This document shows, one piece after another, positions 49,848 to 63,719 of a stretch of 64,000 bases of DNA; position 1 is the first letter of the stretch, and the number at the start of each line of letters is the position of its first letter. The translations under genes were made by a program, and so were the position numbers. Under the pieces are notes generated by a model, which was not told the DNA's origin, searched no databases, and saw nothing but the letters and a program-made list of their open reading frames with translations. The stretch lies in the NCBI RefSeq assembly GCF_006345805.1, contig NC_043005.1:65348001-65412000 (forward strand), read 5' to 3'. This stretch comes from Octopus sinensis. Its lineage: Eukaryota.

Positions 49848-50041
49848 TGTATCATTGGCAATTTTCTTTCTCCGTCTTCCCTTCCTAGGACATTTCTTAT
49901 TTCTATGTTTCTGACGAAGAGCTCCGCTCGAAACGTTAAATCCTTCTTCTGTCTTTCCTTTCCTGAGCGTCCAATAACACTATACTTGCTCCTCGTCCTC
50001 ACGTTGTTGTGTTTTCTCTTTTGTTTCATGTTTGGATTAAC
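49848..50041 (+). mobile_element. PLE tail family F with intact minimal hammerhead (49907-49941)
   Basis: gttt-CTGACGA-A-GAGC-tcc-GCTC-GAAA-CG-TT-aaat; palindromic helix III ACGT; ends tttggattaac(TA)n. Confidence 0.65.
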
Positions 50042-50059
50042 TATATATATATATATATA

Positions 50060-50111
<52 letters not shown>

Positions 50112-50121
50112 CATACATACA

Positions 50122-50153
<32 letters not shown>

Positions 50154-50206
50154 AATTATATACATATATATATATATGATATATATATACATATTTATAG
50201 ATAGAT

Positions 50207-50250
<44 letters not shown>

Positions 50251-51648
50251 ATATAACTGTGTTAGTCTATCATATTACCTTGATGGTGCTTTCACAATTC
50301 TGAGAGTGATTTTATTATTTGCCAGAAAACATCGGTCGATTCCTACCGCCTGTGTTTCTCAGCAGAGCAATGCTTTTAGAGCACAAAAAATAGCCTTAAA
50401 TCTCTTAGTGCACAATTGAGAAAATACACAAATTAGCCATATATTTTTTTTTTATGAGTGCCAATGATTTTGGTTCATAACGTTTTGCTGATGACTATGT
50501 ATGTATGTATGTATGTATGTATGTATGTATGTATGTATGTATGTATGTATGTATGTATGTATGTATGTATGTATGTATTGTATTGTATGTTTGTATGTAA
50601 CTGTATATGTATGTATGTATGTGTGTATGTATGTGCGTATATATGTATGTACGTATTTATGTGCGTTGCGCAGTTTTGTCTTAGATTTTAGTGAAATATC
50701 TGATGAAGACTCAGATTCATTTGTTTGTTTTTTTGCTTGCAACAATGTCTCGATTTTTTAGTTTGCGCCCATTCCTTAAACATATGCCGACGTACACAAC
50801 CACGTTTTGTTTTTACCGTACTTCCGTTGGTGCTTAATTGAAAAAAATATATTCATTAGCTTTAGCTTTTTATTCATTATATTATATAATTGCTGAGGGA
50901 AGCTCACTTTTTTCCTGTCTTTTTTCACACTCTCTCTCTCGATCTTGTTTCTCTCTACATCACTAGATACTATGTCGTCTCTCTAGCTTTGTACACTGTC
51001 TTCGACTGTTCCCACCTCGCTACTATCTGCCCTGCTTCCCCATCTGACCACTGATCTCTCACCACCCCCACCCACCCTTCTCTCTCTCTCTCTTACCTGT
51101 AATTTCATCAGGCAGACACACGCTTCTTTGTATTTATTTACATAATGTCTTAGGGTAAGCACTTAGTATGTATTCTCTATTCTTTCCTACTTGCACCATA
51201 CCTTGTATACCGTCATTTTATGTTGCTTTGTCTTCCTTTTATTTCCCTTGTAACCGAATCAGGTTATATTTGCATTGAATAAGACTTGCTTGTTTTATTT
51301 AATTTTATCGGAAGGAGACCTGTTTTCCATTTTACTCTCCGAGTCGCTAATCTTGATCAAACATCCGTTTACTGTCCCTGTGTTTTCTTTATCCTAGTCG
51401 CTAATATCATTTATAAGTTTTTTTCCACATTTTTGTGTCTCTTCTCCTCTATATCTTTTACTTAAGAACTGTATCCAATAATCTTGACGCTCCTAATTAC
51501 ACAGCTCCGTCTAAACTCGTTGAAAGTGTCAAAATCTTTGTCAGACAGATGATAAAGTGTTAATCTTAATTTTTTGTTCGTTTGTTGCGTCTTCCATATC
51601 TCTTCATAATTGTACCCGTTCCCCAACATACATACATACATACATACA

Positions 51649-51699
<51 letters not shown>

Positions 51700-51700
51700 A

Positions 51701-52085
51701 TTCTTTTACTTGTTTCAGTCATTTGACTGCGGCCATGCTGGAGAACCGCCTTTAGTCGAGCAAATCGATACCAGGAATTATTCTTTGTAAGCATGGTACT
51801 TATTCTATCGGTTTTCTTTTGCCGAACCGCTAAGTTACGGGGACGTAAACACACCAACATCGATTGTTAGGTTATTGTGGAGGGACAAACACAGACACAC
51901 AAACATATACATATATACATATAGATATACGAGAGGTTTCTTTCAGTTTCCGCCTACCAAATCTACGCACAAGGCTTTGGTCGGCTCGAGGCCATAGTAG
52001 AAGGCACATGCCCAAGGTGCCACGCAGTGGGACTGAACCCGGAGCCACGTGGTTGGAAAGCGAGCTTCTTACCACGCAGCCACAT
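51701..52085 (-). mobile_element. SINE family A, full length
   Basis: Reverse complement of 54021-54436. Confidence 0.88.
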
Positions 52086-52453
52086 ATACACGCATATATA
52101 TACATATATGTATACCATATAATATGTGTGCCTGTGTGCATGTATATATATATATCTATATATTTATTCAAAGAAAAAGATAAATACAGAGAGAGAGATA
52201 ACTCATCTGCAAAAGTGGTGCACATCTTAGTTTCAAAGCACATGGAAATCTTTTATTTTTCATTGGTATGTATTCTAGATATGTTTGTATGGGTCTGCTT
52301 ATATCCACAGATACGCGCGCACACACTTACGTGTAAACACGCGCGAGCGCGCACTCACGTGTGAACACTCAAACACACACACACATATATTTACAGACAG
52401 ACAGTCAAGTAGGTAGATAGCTAACTAGCTAGATAGATAGGTAGATAGATAGG

Positions 52454-52552
<99 letters not shown>

Positions 52553-52909
52553 AGAGAGAGAGAGAGAGAGAGAGAGAGACTTTTTATTCTTTTATTTCAT
52601 TCTTTTATTTCAGCCATTGGACTGCGGCCTTATTGGGTCACTGCCTTCAAGTGTATAGTCGAACAAAGCCAGGCTAGTTCATATTTTCTCTTTTTAAGCC
52701 TCTTACCTATACTATTGGTGTCCTTTGCCGAACCACTAAGTTATGGGGATGTAAGCAAACCAACACTGGTTGTCAAACGCTGTGTGAGAACGAACACAAA
52801 GACAAAGGCACACATTATTCAAGGCAGTGCCCCAGCATGGTCGCACTCAAATGACTAAAACAAGTACAAGATAAAATAATCTTATAAAAAAATTTCTTTG
52901 GAATAAATA

Positions 52910-53618
52910 GTGAATGCGCGCTCCTCTTTACTGTCACGTCTCACGAATGAACTTTTTTGGACCGAATAGTGACTGTGACGAGAAATGGGTTCTCTATAAA
53001 AAATGTCAAGCGCCGAAGTGGGTAAGGAAAGGAGAAACACTGGCACCCCATGCTAAAGAAGGTCATCCATGTAAGGTGCCGTTATCTGTTTGGTGGGATA
53101 CGAAAAGTTTAGTTCATTTTGAACTTTTAAACCCAAACCAAACGATAACAAAGGAGATTTTTACTGCGAGCAGCTTGAGCGGCTTAGGTCAGCGCTTGAA
53201 GAAAAACGACTATGTTTGGTTTCAAAATGAAAGGTATTCTTCCATCAGTATAATGCTCGGCCACATACAGTGAGGATGACATTCGAAATGCTGGAGCAGT
53301 TTGAATGGGAAACGGTGCCCCACCCACCATTTTTGCCAGACATTGGCCCATCTGATTACCAATTATTTCAGTCTTCAAAATCCTTTGGACGGAAAAATAT
53401 AATCTCTGTAGACGAGGTCAGAACAGTACTGGAGCAGTATTTTTTGTCAAGGACAAGTGAATTTTGGGAGAGGAGCCTTGCAAGTCTACCAGATAGAATG
53501 AAGAGTATTGTAGAAGATGAAGGAGAGCATATTTTAGATTCAAAAATAACTTTGTTTATCTCAATTTTGAAAAATAAAAGAAGTACTAAAAAATTGCGTT
53601 ATTTATTGGATGACTTAA
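52910..53618 (+). mobile_element. 5'-truncated mariner remnant
   Basis: CDEKWVLY, LSVWWDTKSLVHFELL, HNARPH, WETVPHPPFLPDIGPSDY; 3' TIR-like attgcgttatttattggatgacttaa. Confidence 0.85.
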
Positions 53619-53759
53619 TCAATTCTTAGTTAATTGAAATTTTCCTTACATTGAGGAAAAATTAAATAAGAACCTAGCAGCAATTTCCAGTAACTCCGAA
53701 TGCGCGCGTGTGTGAGTATATACGTGTGTATGCGTTGGTGTATGTATCCTCATATGTAT

Positions 53760-53806
<47 letters not shown>

Positions 53807-54020
53807 TGTGTTTGTGTTGTGTTCGTGTATAAAGCGAGATTTCGGCCTGTTCGGACATCCTCGCAACCGTACAATGTATGTGATTAAACAAAACCAAGGA
53901 CCCACTAGTATCAATAGAGTAACGTTTTCTGCAAACACGAGTTTATGTCACAATTTCCAACCAATAAAATAACTCAGACCTATTCTGTTTTGAAGCAGAT
54001 TCAACCAGAGACACATAGAT

Positions 54021-54186
54021 AGGCGTAGGAGTGGCTGTATGGTAAGTAGCTTGCTTACCAACCACATGGTTCCGGGTTCAGTCCCACTGCGTGGCATCTT
54101 GGGTAAGTGTCTTCTACTATAGCCTCGGGCCGACCAAAGCCTTGTGAGTGGATTTGGTAGACGGAAACTGAAAGAAGCCCGTCGTA

Positions 54187-54217
<31 letters not shown>

Positions 54218-54436
54218 GCGTGTGTGTGTTTGTGTGTCTGTGTTTGTCCCCCTAGCATTGCTTGACAACCGATACTGGTGTGTTTACGTCCCCGTCACTT
54301 AGCGGTTCGGTAAAAGAGACCGATAGAATAAGTACTGGGCTTACTAAAGAATAAGTCCCGGGGTCGAGTTGCTCGATTAAAAGCGGTGCTCCAGCATGGT
54401 CGCAGTCAAATGACTGAAACAAGTAAAAGAGTAAAG
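54021..54436 (+). mobile_element. SINE family A, full length reference copy
   Basis: tRNA-like head with A/B-box-like motifs, internal (TA)(TG) tract, tail gcggtgctccagcatggtcgcagtcaaatgactgaaacaagtaaaagag. Confidence 0.9.
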
Positions 54437-55264
54437 AGAGTATCCACACATATAGCGGCACTTGGGCACAAAAGCATAGCTTACTACATAGGTCGAAAAC
54501 TGCATCAAATATATAACATTAATAATATTGTTTCTCTCACTATTGCTATCATAATTGTTCATTACATGAATATATATATTTGATCTAAATGTATTGTCGG
54601 CTTACTTCACTTTCAATTTCAATTTCTTAGCTTTAAATAGATAATTTCGTCTTTTCAGTTAATCTATCTCGGATTTTATTAATACGTTCTTCCATTTTCA
54701 ACGACGGATATTTCGAATAGTTTTCGCTTATATTCGTTGATTGACAGCATTTATGAAATAAACGCAATATACAAAGCACAATTTCAAATGCCCGAGATAC
54801 TATCTAACATTGACTTCATATATTAGGATGGCCATAGAAGGCCCTCCGGTTTTAGTCAGTACTAAACTTCAAGCAGTCTAATAAGTAGCTGTTCTTTGTT
54901 CATGTGCACTCGTTAGCTACTTGACACTTACTTTAGTTCGACACGAACTTACAACAAAACAGATTGTATTTTATGTGCTTGGGATCACCCTGAAAATGGA
55001 GAACCAAAATGAATATTACCGACACCGTGCTTTCTTTTATAAAAAAAAAAGGCAAGAAAATGTATGTATGTATGTATGTATGTATGTATGTATGTATGTA
55101 TGTATGTATGTATTTGTATATTTTATGTATGCATTTTCATGCACATTGTTGCATATCTAGACATGCTCATATATATTTAAATGATAAACTTCTGGAAAGT
55201 CTTACAGATTTTTACAGTTCCGGTGATGGATTGGATCTGTATGTATGTATGTATGTATGTATGT

Positions 55265-55625
55265 ATAGGCGCAGATGTGGCTGTGTGGTAAGAAGCTTGC
55301 TTCCTAACCACGTGGTTCCGTGTTCAATCTCACTGCGTAGCACCTTGGGCAAATGTCTTCTACTATAGTCACGGGCCGACCAAAGCCTTGTGAGTGGATT
55401 TAGTACACGGAAACTAAAACAAGCGTGTCGTATATATGTGTGTGAGTCTTTGTGTGTATCTATGCGTGTGTCTTTGTGTCTGTGTTTGACACCCCCCACG
55501 TCCACCGCATCGCTTGACAACTGGTGTTGCTGTGTTTATGTTCCCGCAACATAGCCGTTCGGTAAAAGACCGATAGAATAAGTCCTAGGTTTAATAAAGT
55601 CTCAGGGTCAACTTGTTGGACTAAA
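55265..55625 (+). mobile_element. SINE family A
   Basis: ggcgcagatgtggctgtgtggtaagaagcttgcttcc...gaccgatagaataagtc. Confidence 0.85.
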
Positions 55626-55861
55626 ATCCCTCACACAGCCGCATTCTCTGATGAAGTTAATCTACAAACATTATTATGGATCGTCGAGCCCCCAGAAACA
55701 GCTGTTGGATTTGTAATACCTTTCTTTCACCCTTTTAATTTTCTATATCATTTGTACTCTGTAGGGGTTGGACGTTGTTATACGTATACATAATTTGTAT
55801 TTCATGTATTCAATATACTTTATATCTTGATATAATTTGCTTCGATGTACGTATGTCTATG

Positions 55862-55918
<57 letters not shown>

Positions 55919-56499
55919 CGCGTGTGTGTGTGTGTGTGTGCGTGTGGGTGTATTTATACAGAATGTTAAGATTTGGGAGACACACCCCTTCTAATACAGA
56001 TGTTTGATTTTTGATGAATTTTATTTACAGTTTTGTCATTTGAAACATAATTCATAAACCTGCCTAGACGTGTTTAAAATAGATATGCAAATATTCGTTC
56101 CAGATCACGCTGCAGACGGTCCAAATAACGATTTTCTTATCAGTTGCCAGATATACGCAATGATCAACAAACAGTTTGTTCACTGGAAATATAAACAACG
56201 CCAACGACCTTGTTTAGTCTCAGATTTCCAGCTACTTCTGGCTGACGGGACACATTTCGAAATACATGTGTCTCAGAATGCAGTGCACCAGTGAGCCGAG
56301 TGTGTTGAGCGCTTCATCGTAGTAAAAGGGAAACGTTATTCTCTTATAATACACTATATAGCGATCAGCATGTTTTGACTCTAAACCTACCTTGACATGT
56401 TAATATACAAATGTTAGTTCCAAAAATGCGATAAAATATAGCAGAACAGAGTATCAAAGTAGCAGAAAATTACTAGGTGGAGGGACAGAGAAACAATTG

Positions 56500-57560
56500 A
56501 GTGGTTTTGGACAAACGCAAGATTAAGGACAACTGACTGCGTTTTCATTAAAATTTACCGTTTATGTGGATACTAAACCATGTATTGTTGCAAGGAAATA
56601 TATGAGTGTTGCAAAAGATACAAATCTTGAAGAGATAGTGATGAGGTGCTTATCCATCAAGGTACGGGCTAACAATGTATGTAAAATAGAAATGCAAAAT
56701 TCTACTGCCAAGTTATACATATTTAAAAACAGCAAAAATTTAAGAAGTGACATGTGGCGACGTCGTTTTAGAAATTACTGTAAAATGAGTAATATGGTTT
56801 ACCCAAGTTGAAGCAGGCAGAGTTCCAATCGAGGAAATTGAACCACTGAGGAAGAAGTTAAATAACTGTTAAAGGGTTCTAATTCCCCAAGAACATAAAA
56901 GAGATGCAGTTGAATTGCATTGGCAGTCACTGGCTCTGAATACCCTAACTGTTAAGCATCAAACCATCGTACTCGTGAATTAAGTAAAGAATGTTTGTCG
57001 ATGCTGTGTTGCTCGAATGCAGACGGTGTGTACCTTTTAAAGTTAGTGATGGGGGAAAGGTCGTAAATCTACCAATTTCGAACATAATTCAACTAACAGT
57101 GCATTTAAACCATGGAAAGAAATACTGGCTCACTATGCATATATTCAATCACTGAATTTTCTCGCACTTCACTCCTGAAGAGCGTGAATACTATAAACAT
57201 ATCTTCAAACTTTCTGATGAAGCGAAGGTGTTATCAATTTTGACAATTCAATTTGCAACCCAGGTGTTCATCACTTTGTCTGCAATTCTAGCAAAATAAT
57301 GAGCATGTACTTAGCACTCAATATTGCTCCCACCATCCAGCCAGTGGGTATTATTATAAACTGCTAACAATTACATCAACAAAGATAGTTAGTTGAAATT
57401 ACTGCGATGATAGAAGATACACAATAACAAATAACAGTCGATACCGTCAAGAACTATAACCTCAAGTCAGCAATTTTCAGTTTAGTGACATCAAGAAAGG
57501 CTTCTGACAGACAAAAATTCTTGTTAATTTCTGCACAATTTTGAGATAAAATAAGATTTT
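56500..57560 (+). pseudogene. pogo/Tigger (CENP-B-like DDE_1) transposase remnant
   Basis: LSKECLSMLCCSNADG..LKLVMG and YLALNIAPTIQPVGII resemble SKER.TVLLC.NADG.EKL and FLPPNTTS.LQP.DQGII; many stops. Confidence 0.7.
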
Positions 57561-59019
57561 GATAGATTCGAGACAAATGCTTTTCATACGAGATTTCTGA
57601 AGGTAAGAGAAACAGATGTTACACATCAGAATCTAGCTTGAAGTAACAGAGAGTATCCCTGCATACCAAGTGCTAACCGAAGAACAAACAGTGGTAGTTC
57701 TTGTTGGTGATAGAAGAGCAAGTGAAGATAACTTTTGCCTCAGAAACCCAAACTGTTATGCTAAACTCTCTTCATAACGTGTGTTCAGATATTGGCTTCT
57801 CAACGGAAACTGATATTCAGCAATATTTTCAATATTTTAAAGATTTAGGTCATTATCCGGAAGTATACCAGCAAGGCAAACAATTGTAGTTGAAGTCATT
57901 CTTGAAGCCAATTTGTTCCAACCCGTTGCAGTTGTTAAATGGGCTGACGATATTGATGGCGTCCCACACTTTTCCTGTTATTGACTCGGTCCCTCCTCAG
58001 CCACCCCATACTTCTATATGTCGGAAATAAGAACTAGTGAAGCATAATACTTCCATTAACTCACAGTTACAAGTTACCACATCTCAATCACCCCCTCACC
58101 TTCACTAAATCAGACTCCTCTGCCTTCTGTCACAGTTAAGTGTAGCAGCGTTAACTTTCTGATTTTTGAAATATATATTTACGTTTCATATAATCATATA
58201 TTTTATATATGCTGTTTACATCATTTTCAAAACTTTTCTTATTGTTTATTTTAGCGTCTTTAACGCCTCGCTTGAAATTTGGAGACGGTGCATCCATACA
58301 TGAAATTTTTTCCTATTTATCATGATTGGTTTTCATTTCATGTGTAAAGTATATTTTGCAATACACTTTACGAATTGGTTGGGGGTGGTTACTATCAGAG
58401 TTTTCTTACTCGTAAATGTTCAGCATATTGTGTATATATTTCCAGTATATTCATCAAGTATGACCGAATTACAATTTGATGCACTCCATAGACTTTATTT
58501 CCTTATAACTGTCTTAATAATTGTTTCTTACAAAAGCAATGACCAAATAATAGAGGTTAAGGGTTAGTCGATTATATCAAGCATAGAACTTAACTGGTAC
58601 TTTTTTCGACAATAATGATTCAGCCAATCTACTACTGTTCACAATAGTAGTACTACTGGTACTAATACATATTTTTAAAGAAATTTTTGACCTGAAGAAA
58701 TTAAAGTATTTTACTAGAATACCCGTATAGTCAAAAACGCTAACAGTTTTATTAATGAGAGAAAACGGCGGTTCAAAACAATGGGAGGAATAGTTGATAA
58801 ATGTCAGCAATCGACAAAATATATGTACATACACATACACAGAAGTGAAGCATTCGGACAATCAGATGCGCTTGTAACGTTTCGATTTTTCGGTTTGTAA
58901 AGTACATATAATATACGTGTTTGTAAATATATAACACGGTTTCCCATCAGGAATCTTGCAACACAAATTCACAAACGCGTACACACACACACACACACAC
59001 ACACACCACACACACACAC

Positions 59020-59067
<48 letters not shown>

Positions 59068-59999
59068 ATATTATATATATATTTCAAGAAAGTTCGAGGT
59101 TGTGAATCCAATCAACTAAGGGATAATATCTATCCAATATACTGCTGGTAGAATACCCAATTATTAATACACAAGTGTTTTTTATTGCATTGCAATTAAC
59201 TTAACTAGTGTATTAAATGGGTGAAGGTAAAAAGATATTTTACCATTAATTAATAGAGCGATAAGAAAATCGAGGTGATCAATAGGTGGTTCATCAACTT
59301 TTAGACATTATATTGTGTCAACTTATTTATTTACTAAAATGACAATTACAGGAATATACATACATGTATAACATATTATGCTTTACATATAAATTATATT
59401 AACATATAAAAATACCAGTAATTATTAAAATATAACATACAGGAATATATATATATACATATGCAAACACATACACACATCCATATATGTTGGTTATAAA
59501 TTTTTTAACTATATTGAGTATTACGCCCAGCGTATAAAATATATGTGTTTGTGTGTAGTGCGTGTGTGTGTGTATGTGTGTGTATGTGGTGTGTGTGTGT
59601 GTTTGTGTGTGTGTGTGTATGTATGTGAATGTATATGTATATATGTATACGTTTGTATCTCTGTGTTTACGTTTGTCCCTCCATCACTTGATAATGAGTA
59701 CATGAAGAAGTCCGACAAGAAACCCTATATAATGACTACCCAACTCTAAAAGGAAGACTATAGGTACATATATGTGTGTGCTGATGCAAAAGTATAATCA
59801 TACATTTGAGTATTTAAAGTAATACAATGTTTTATATGCATTGATAAATATTCATGATTACCAACTCTTCGAATAAACATTTTTATTGATCGGGCAACCA
59901 CTTTTCAAAATAAAAGATATCTGTTGGACGAAAGCATTTTATTGTAATTGATAGAATATATAAACAGTGAGGCGAGTCGAATAAAAAATAAAAACTGAA

Positions 60000-61400
60000 T
60001 AGTGTAAGTCATGTGTACCTGTAGAAACTGCTATAAACATTGGCAAGAGAAATATTTCGTGATCTAAATTCAGGGGTAGCCAAAATATTATCTAAAATTA
60101 ACATAAACGCAAATGGGTACCGATGCAAAATAAATAAATGAATAACTAAACAAATTCGGGATAAGCTAACTAAAAGAGAATGAAGATTTGCGACTGTGGA
60201 AGAAAAGAGAAGAGAGAGAAACACGTTAAGTTTGAAGAGAAGAGGATCCAATAAATACCGAGAAAGAAACTTCTTTTTTTTTAGTGACCAAACATGATTT
60301 GATAAATTTGTTGACGACCTGCTCTCAGAGTATTTGAAAGAATTCTTGCCTCGGCTGTTTTCTGTAATTCCAGTGTTAATGGTATTATCAGTCTGTACCT
60401 TCGCTGTATATGCAACTCCTTTAAACAGGCAATTTAAGAGGCAATACCATTTAAAGAGTAGAAACCGATATCTTTGGAATTTCCTTTAGGTCCGGGGTCA
60501 CATTTATTAGACTTACTCTTTTACTCTTTTATTTCTTTCAGCCATTTGACTGTGGCCATGCTGGAGCACCACATATAGTCGACCAAATCGACCCCGGGAC
60601 TTATTCTTTGTAAGCCCAGTACTTATTCTATCAGTCTTTTTTGCCAAACCGCTAAGTTACGGGGACGTAAACACATCAGCATCGGTTGTCAAGCGATGTT
60701 GAGGGGGCAGACACAGACTCACAGACATATACACACACATAGATATATATATATATACATATATATTTCTTTACTACCCACAAGGGGCTAAACACAGAGG
60801 GGACAAACAAGGACAGACAAACAGATTAAGTCGATTACATCGACCCCAGTGCGTAACTGGTACTTATTTAATCGACCCCGAAAGGATGAAAGGCAAAGTC
60901 AACCTCGGCGGAATTTGAACTCAGAACGTAACGGCAGACGAAATACGGCTACGCATTTCGCCCGGCATATACGACAGGCTTCTTTCAGTGTCCGTCTACC
61001 AAATCCACTCACAAGGCTTTGGTCGGCCCGAGTAGAAGATACTTGCCCAAGGTGCCACGCAGTGGGACTGAACCTGGAACCGTGTGGTTCGTAAGCAAGA
61101 TACTTACCACACAGCCATTCCTACGCCTATTTGTTGAACTTCCTAACATTTTGCTGGTTAGCGAATTTTTTTTTGATATTGCTTATTCGATGGAATATTT
61201 TGGATATTGCTTTTTTGGTGGAATCCGAAAGTTCTTGTATGAAAAATTCAGCGAGTGTATTTCCATTTTTCAGTTGTTGGCACTTACTCGTGTTGAGGAA
61301 AATAATATCAACAGGACATTATTGGAAAAGTACCCACCATACTTCAAGAGAAGTTAGGCGTGTAGCCATTGTTTAGGGAGAGAAAGACCATTCAAAAGTA
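60000..61400 (-). pseudogene. Penelope-like element remnant (linker + GIY-YIG), interrupted by SINEs
   Basis: NCLFKGVAYTAKVQTDNTINT.GITENS and STNLSNHVWSLKK, plus upstream FPQHE..KYTR*IFHTRT..NIQNI, fit the PLE FP..HK.HKIFNR / NCL...V.Y.A.V / ST.LS.H.W.LK motifs. Confidence 0.6.
60515..61110 (-). mobile_element. SINE family A (60515-60730 and 60972-61110) with nested SINE family B (60765-60968)
   Basis: The family A tail and head are separated by a family B body at the internal microsatellite. Confidence 0.8.
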
Positions 61401-62276
61401 TTCGCTCAATCCAACAGAATTCCTGAACGCTAAAAGCGACGACAATGGGCCGCATAACCGGAAAGGTATTTTAGCCTACATGTCTTGTGATATTCTTGGT
61501 AAGCCCAGTACTTATTGTATGTGTGCGTGCGCGGAGGTCTGCGGGTGCGCGTGTGTGTATATGTGTGCAATGATGACACGTGTGTGTGGTGTTGGGGAGT
61601 GCGTGTGTGTGTGTATGTGTGTATGGCGTGGTGATTTTTGTGTCCAGCACAGGTGAAAAACAAAGAGGTATGTGTGTGTGCGTGTATGTATATGTATCGT
61701 GCGTGTGTTTTGTTTGTAGTGTGTGTGTGTATGTGTGTGTTCGTGTGTGTATGCGTATTGTGTGTGTGTATGTATGTATGTGTGTATGTGTGTATGTGTG
61801 TGTATGTGTGTATGTATGTGTGTATGTATGTGTGTATGTGTATATGTGTGTGTATGTATGTATGTATGAATGTATGTATGTGTGTGTACGTATATATGTA
61901 TGTGTGTGTGTGTGAATGTATGCGTGTGTATGGGGTTTTTTCTGGAGTTGTGTGGGCGTAATGGACATGCGCGTGCTTGTGTGCGTGTGTGCGCTTACGT
62001 GCGTGTATGTGTGTGTGTGTCTGCTAGGTGTTTATAAGAGTGTGCGTATCTGTATGAGTATTGTTTACTGGTGTGTGTGCACGGGCATGTGTGTGTGTGT
62101 GCGTGGGGGGGGGTTATAGGTGTGGAAGTATGTGTGCGTACATGTGCATGTGGGTTGTATGTGTGTGGTGTGTTGGACGTAGGTGTGTTCGTGGACACGT
62201 GAGTATGTGTGTAACTGTATAAGGACAAAATATAAAAAAAGTTGCTAATTTACATATATACATACACATATATATA

Positions 62277-62325
<49 letters not shown>

Positions 62326-62359
62326 CATGTATGTATACATATATATATATGTGTGTGTA

Positions 62360-62413
<54 letters not shown>

Positions 62414-62421
62414 ATAGTATC

Positions 62422-62453
<32 letters not shown>

Positions 62454-62714
62454 CATACACACATACACACACACACAAGCATACATACATACATACATAC
62501 ATACATACATACATACATACAATACATACATACATACATACGGCAAAGAATGCCGGATAATTAGTCTTATCGAAATTGGTTTTACTGCAAGTGCTCAACG
62601 AGTGCTTATATCAATACTAAATCAATATTGGTCTACGCATTTACTTCTTTCTCCTTTTCTCTCGTTCTCCTTATATGTATGTATGCGTGTTTATGTGTTG
62701 AAAATATCTGCATG

Positions 62715-62747
<33 letters not shown>

Positions 62748-62753
62748 ATATGT

Positions 62754-62818
<65 letters not shown>

Positions 62819-62941
62819 ATATATTTACATATACATTTATACACACGCGCACACCACATATATATATGTAATTACATATATAGGTGGAGATGTGGCTGTG
62901 TGGTAAGAATCTTGCTTTCTAACCATATAGTCGTATGTATG

Positions 62942-62980
<39 letters not shown>

Positions 62981-63110
62981 ATGGTATATTCAGTTAAGAA
63001 CTGAGTACAATATGAAGCTCGTCCTCCTTCAGATTTCGCCTTGTGCTATCCAGTAGAAGTATTATACGTATTTCCAGGTTTGTATTTGGGCTTCTGTCGT
63101 GTGTAAACAA

Positions 63111-63340
63111 ATAACTGAAAAAAGTTTGGAGTCAACAAGAAGGTGTACGGTCGGACGTTTATTTTTCAATCACAAGAATTGATTCCACGCAGTATAATTC
63201 CCCAGGAGATCAAGTACTTGATTATGCATAATAAAGTACCTGTACGCTTGAAGAACCTCGTTTCGGGGGGACAATTGTAGTGATTAAAAAATAAATGTCC
63301 AAACGTACTCCTTCTTATTGGCTCCAAATTTTTCAATTAT
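63111..63340. mobile_element. MITE-like element with ~65-bp TIRs
   Basis: ataactgaaaaaagtttggagtcaacaagaaggtgtacg versus cgtactccttcttattggctccaaatttttcaattat. Confidence 0.7.
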
Positions 63341-63411
63341 ACATACCTACATACATATATACGGTAATAAGCTTATAACGTGCTTTCCAAAGCACTTCTA
63401 TGGATACCTAT

Positions 63412-63642
63412 TTCTTTATTACCCACAAGGTGCTAAACATAGAGGGGACAAACAAGGACAGACATAGGTATTATGTCGATTACATCGACCCCAGTGCGTA
63501 ACTGGTACTTAATTTATCGACCCCGAAAGGATGAAAGGCAAAGTCGACCTCCGCGGAATTTGAACGCACAACGTAACGGCAGACGAAGTACCGCAAAGCA
63601 TTTCGCCCGGTGTGCTAACGCTTCTGCTAGCTCGCCGCCTTA
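63412..63642 (-). mobile_element. SINE family B
   Basis: cccacaaggtgctaaacatagagg...gtcgattacatcgaccccagtgcgtaactgg...gctagctcgccgcc. Confidence 0.85.
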
Positions 63643-63719
63643 AAGCACTTCTATGGATACCGGTTATCATATGTTATCATGCAGGAAGCATTTTCCTTTT
63701 ACTGGATATACAAGTAAGA

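Noticed and set aside
56070-56294. Unique-sequence ORF as a possible host exon (also 57850-58030)
   Set aside because: No recognisable domain and no consistent open exon with splice sites.
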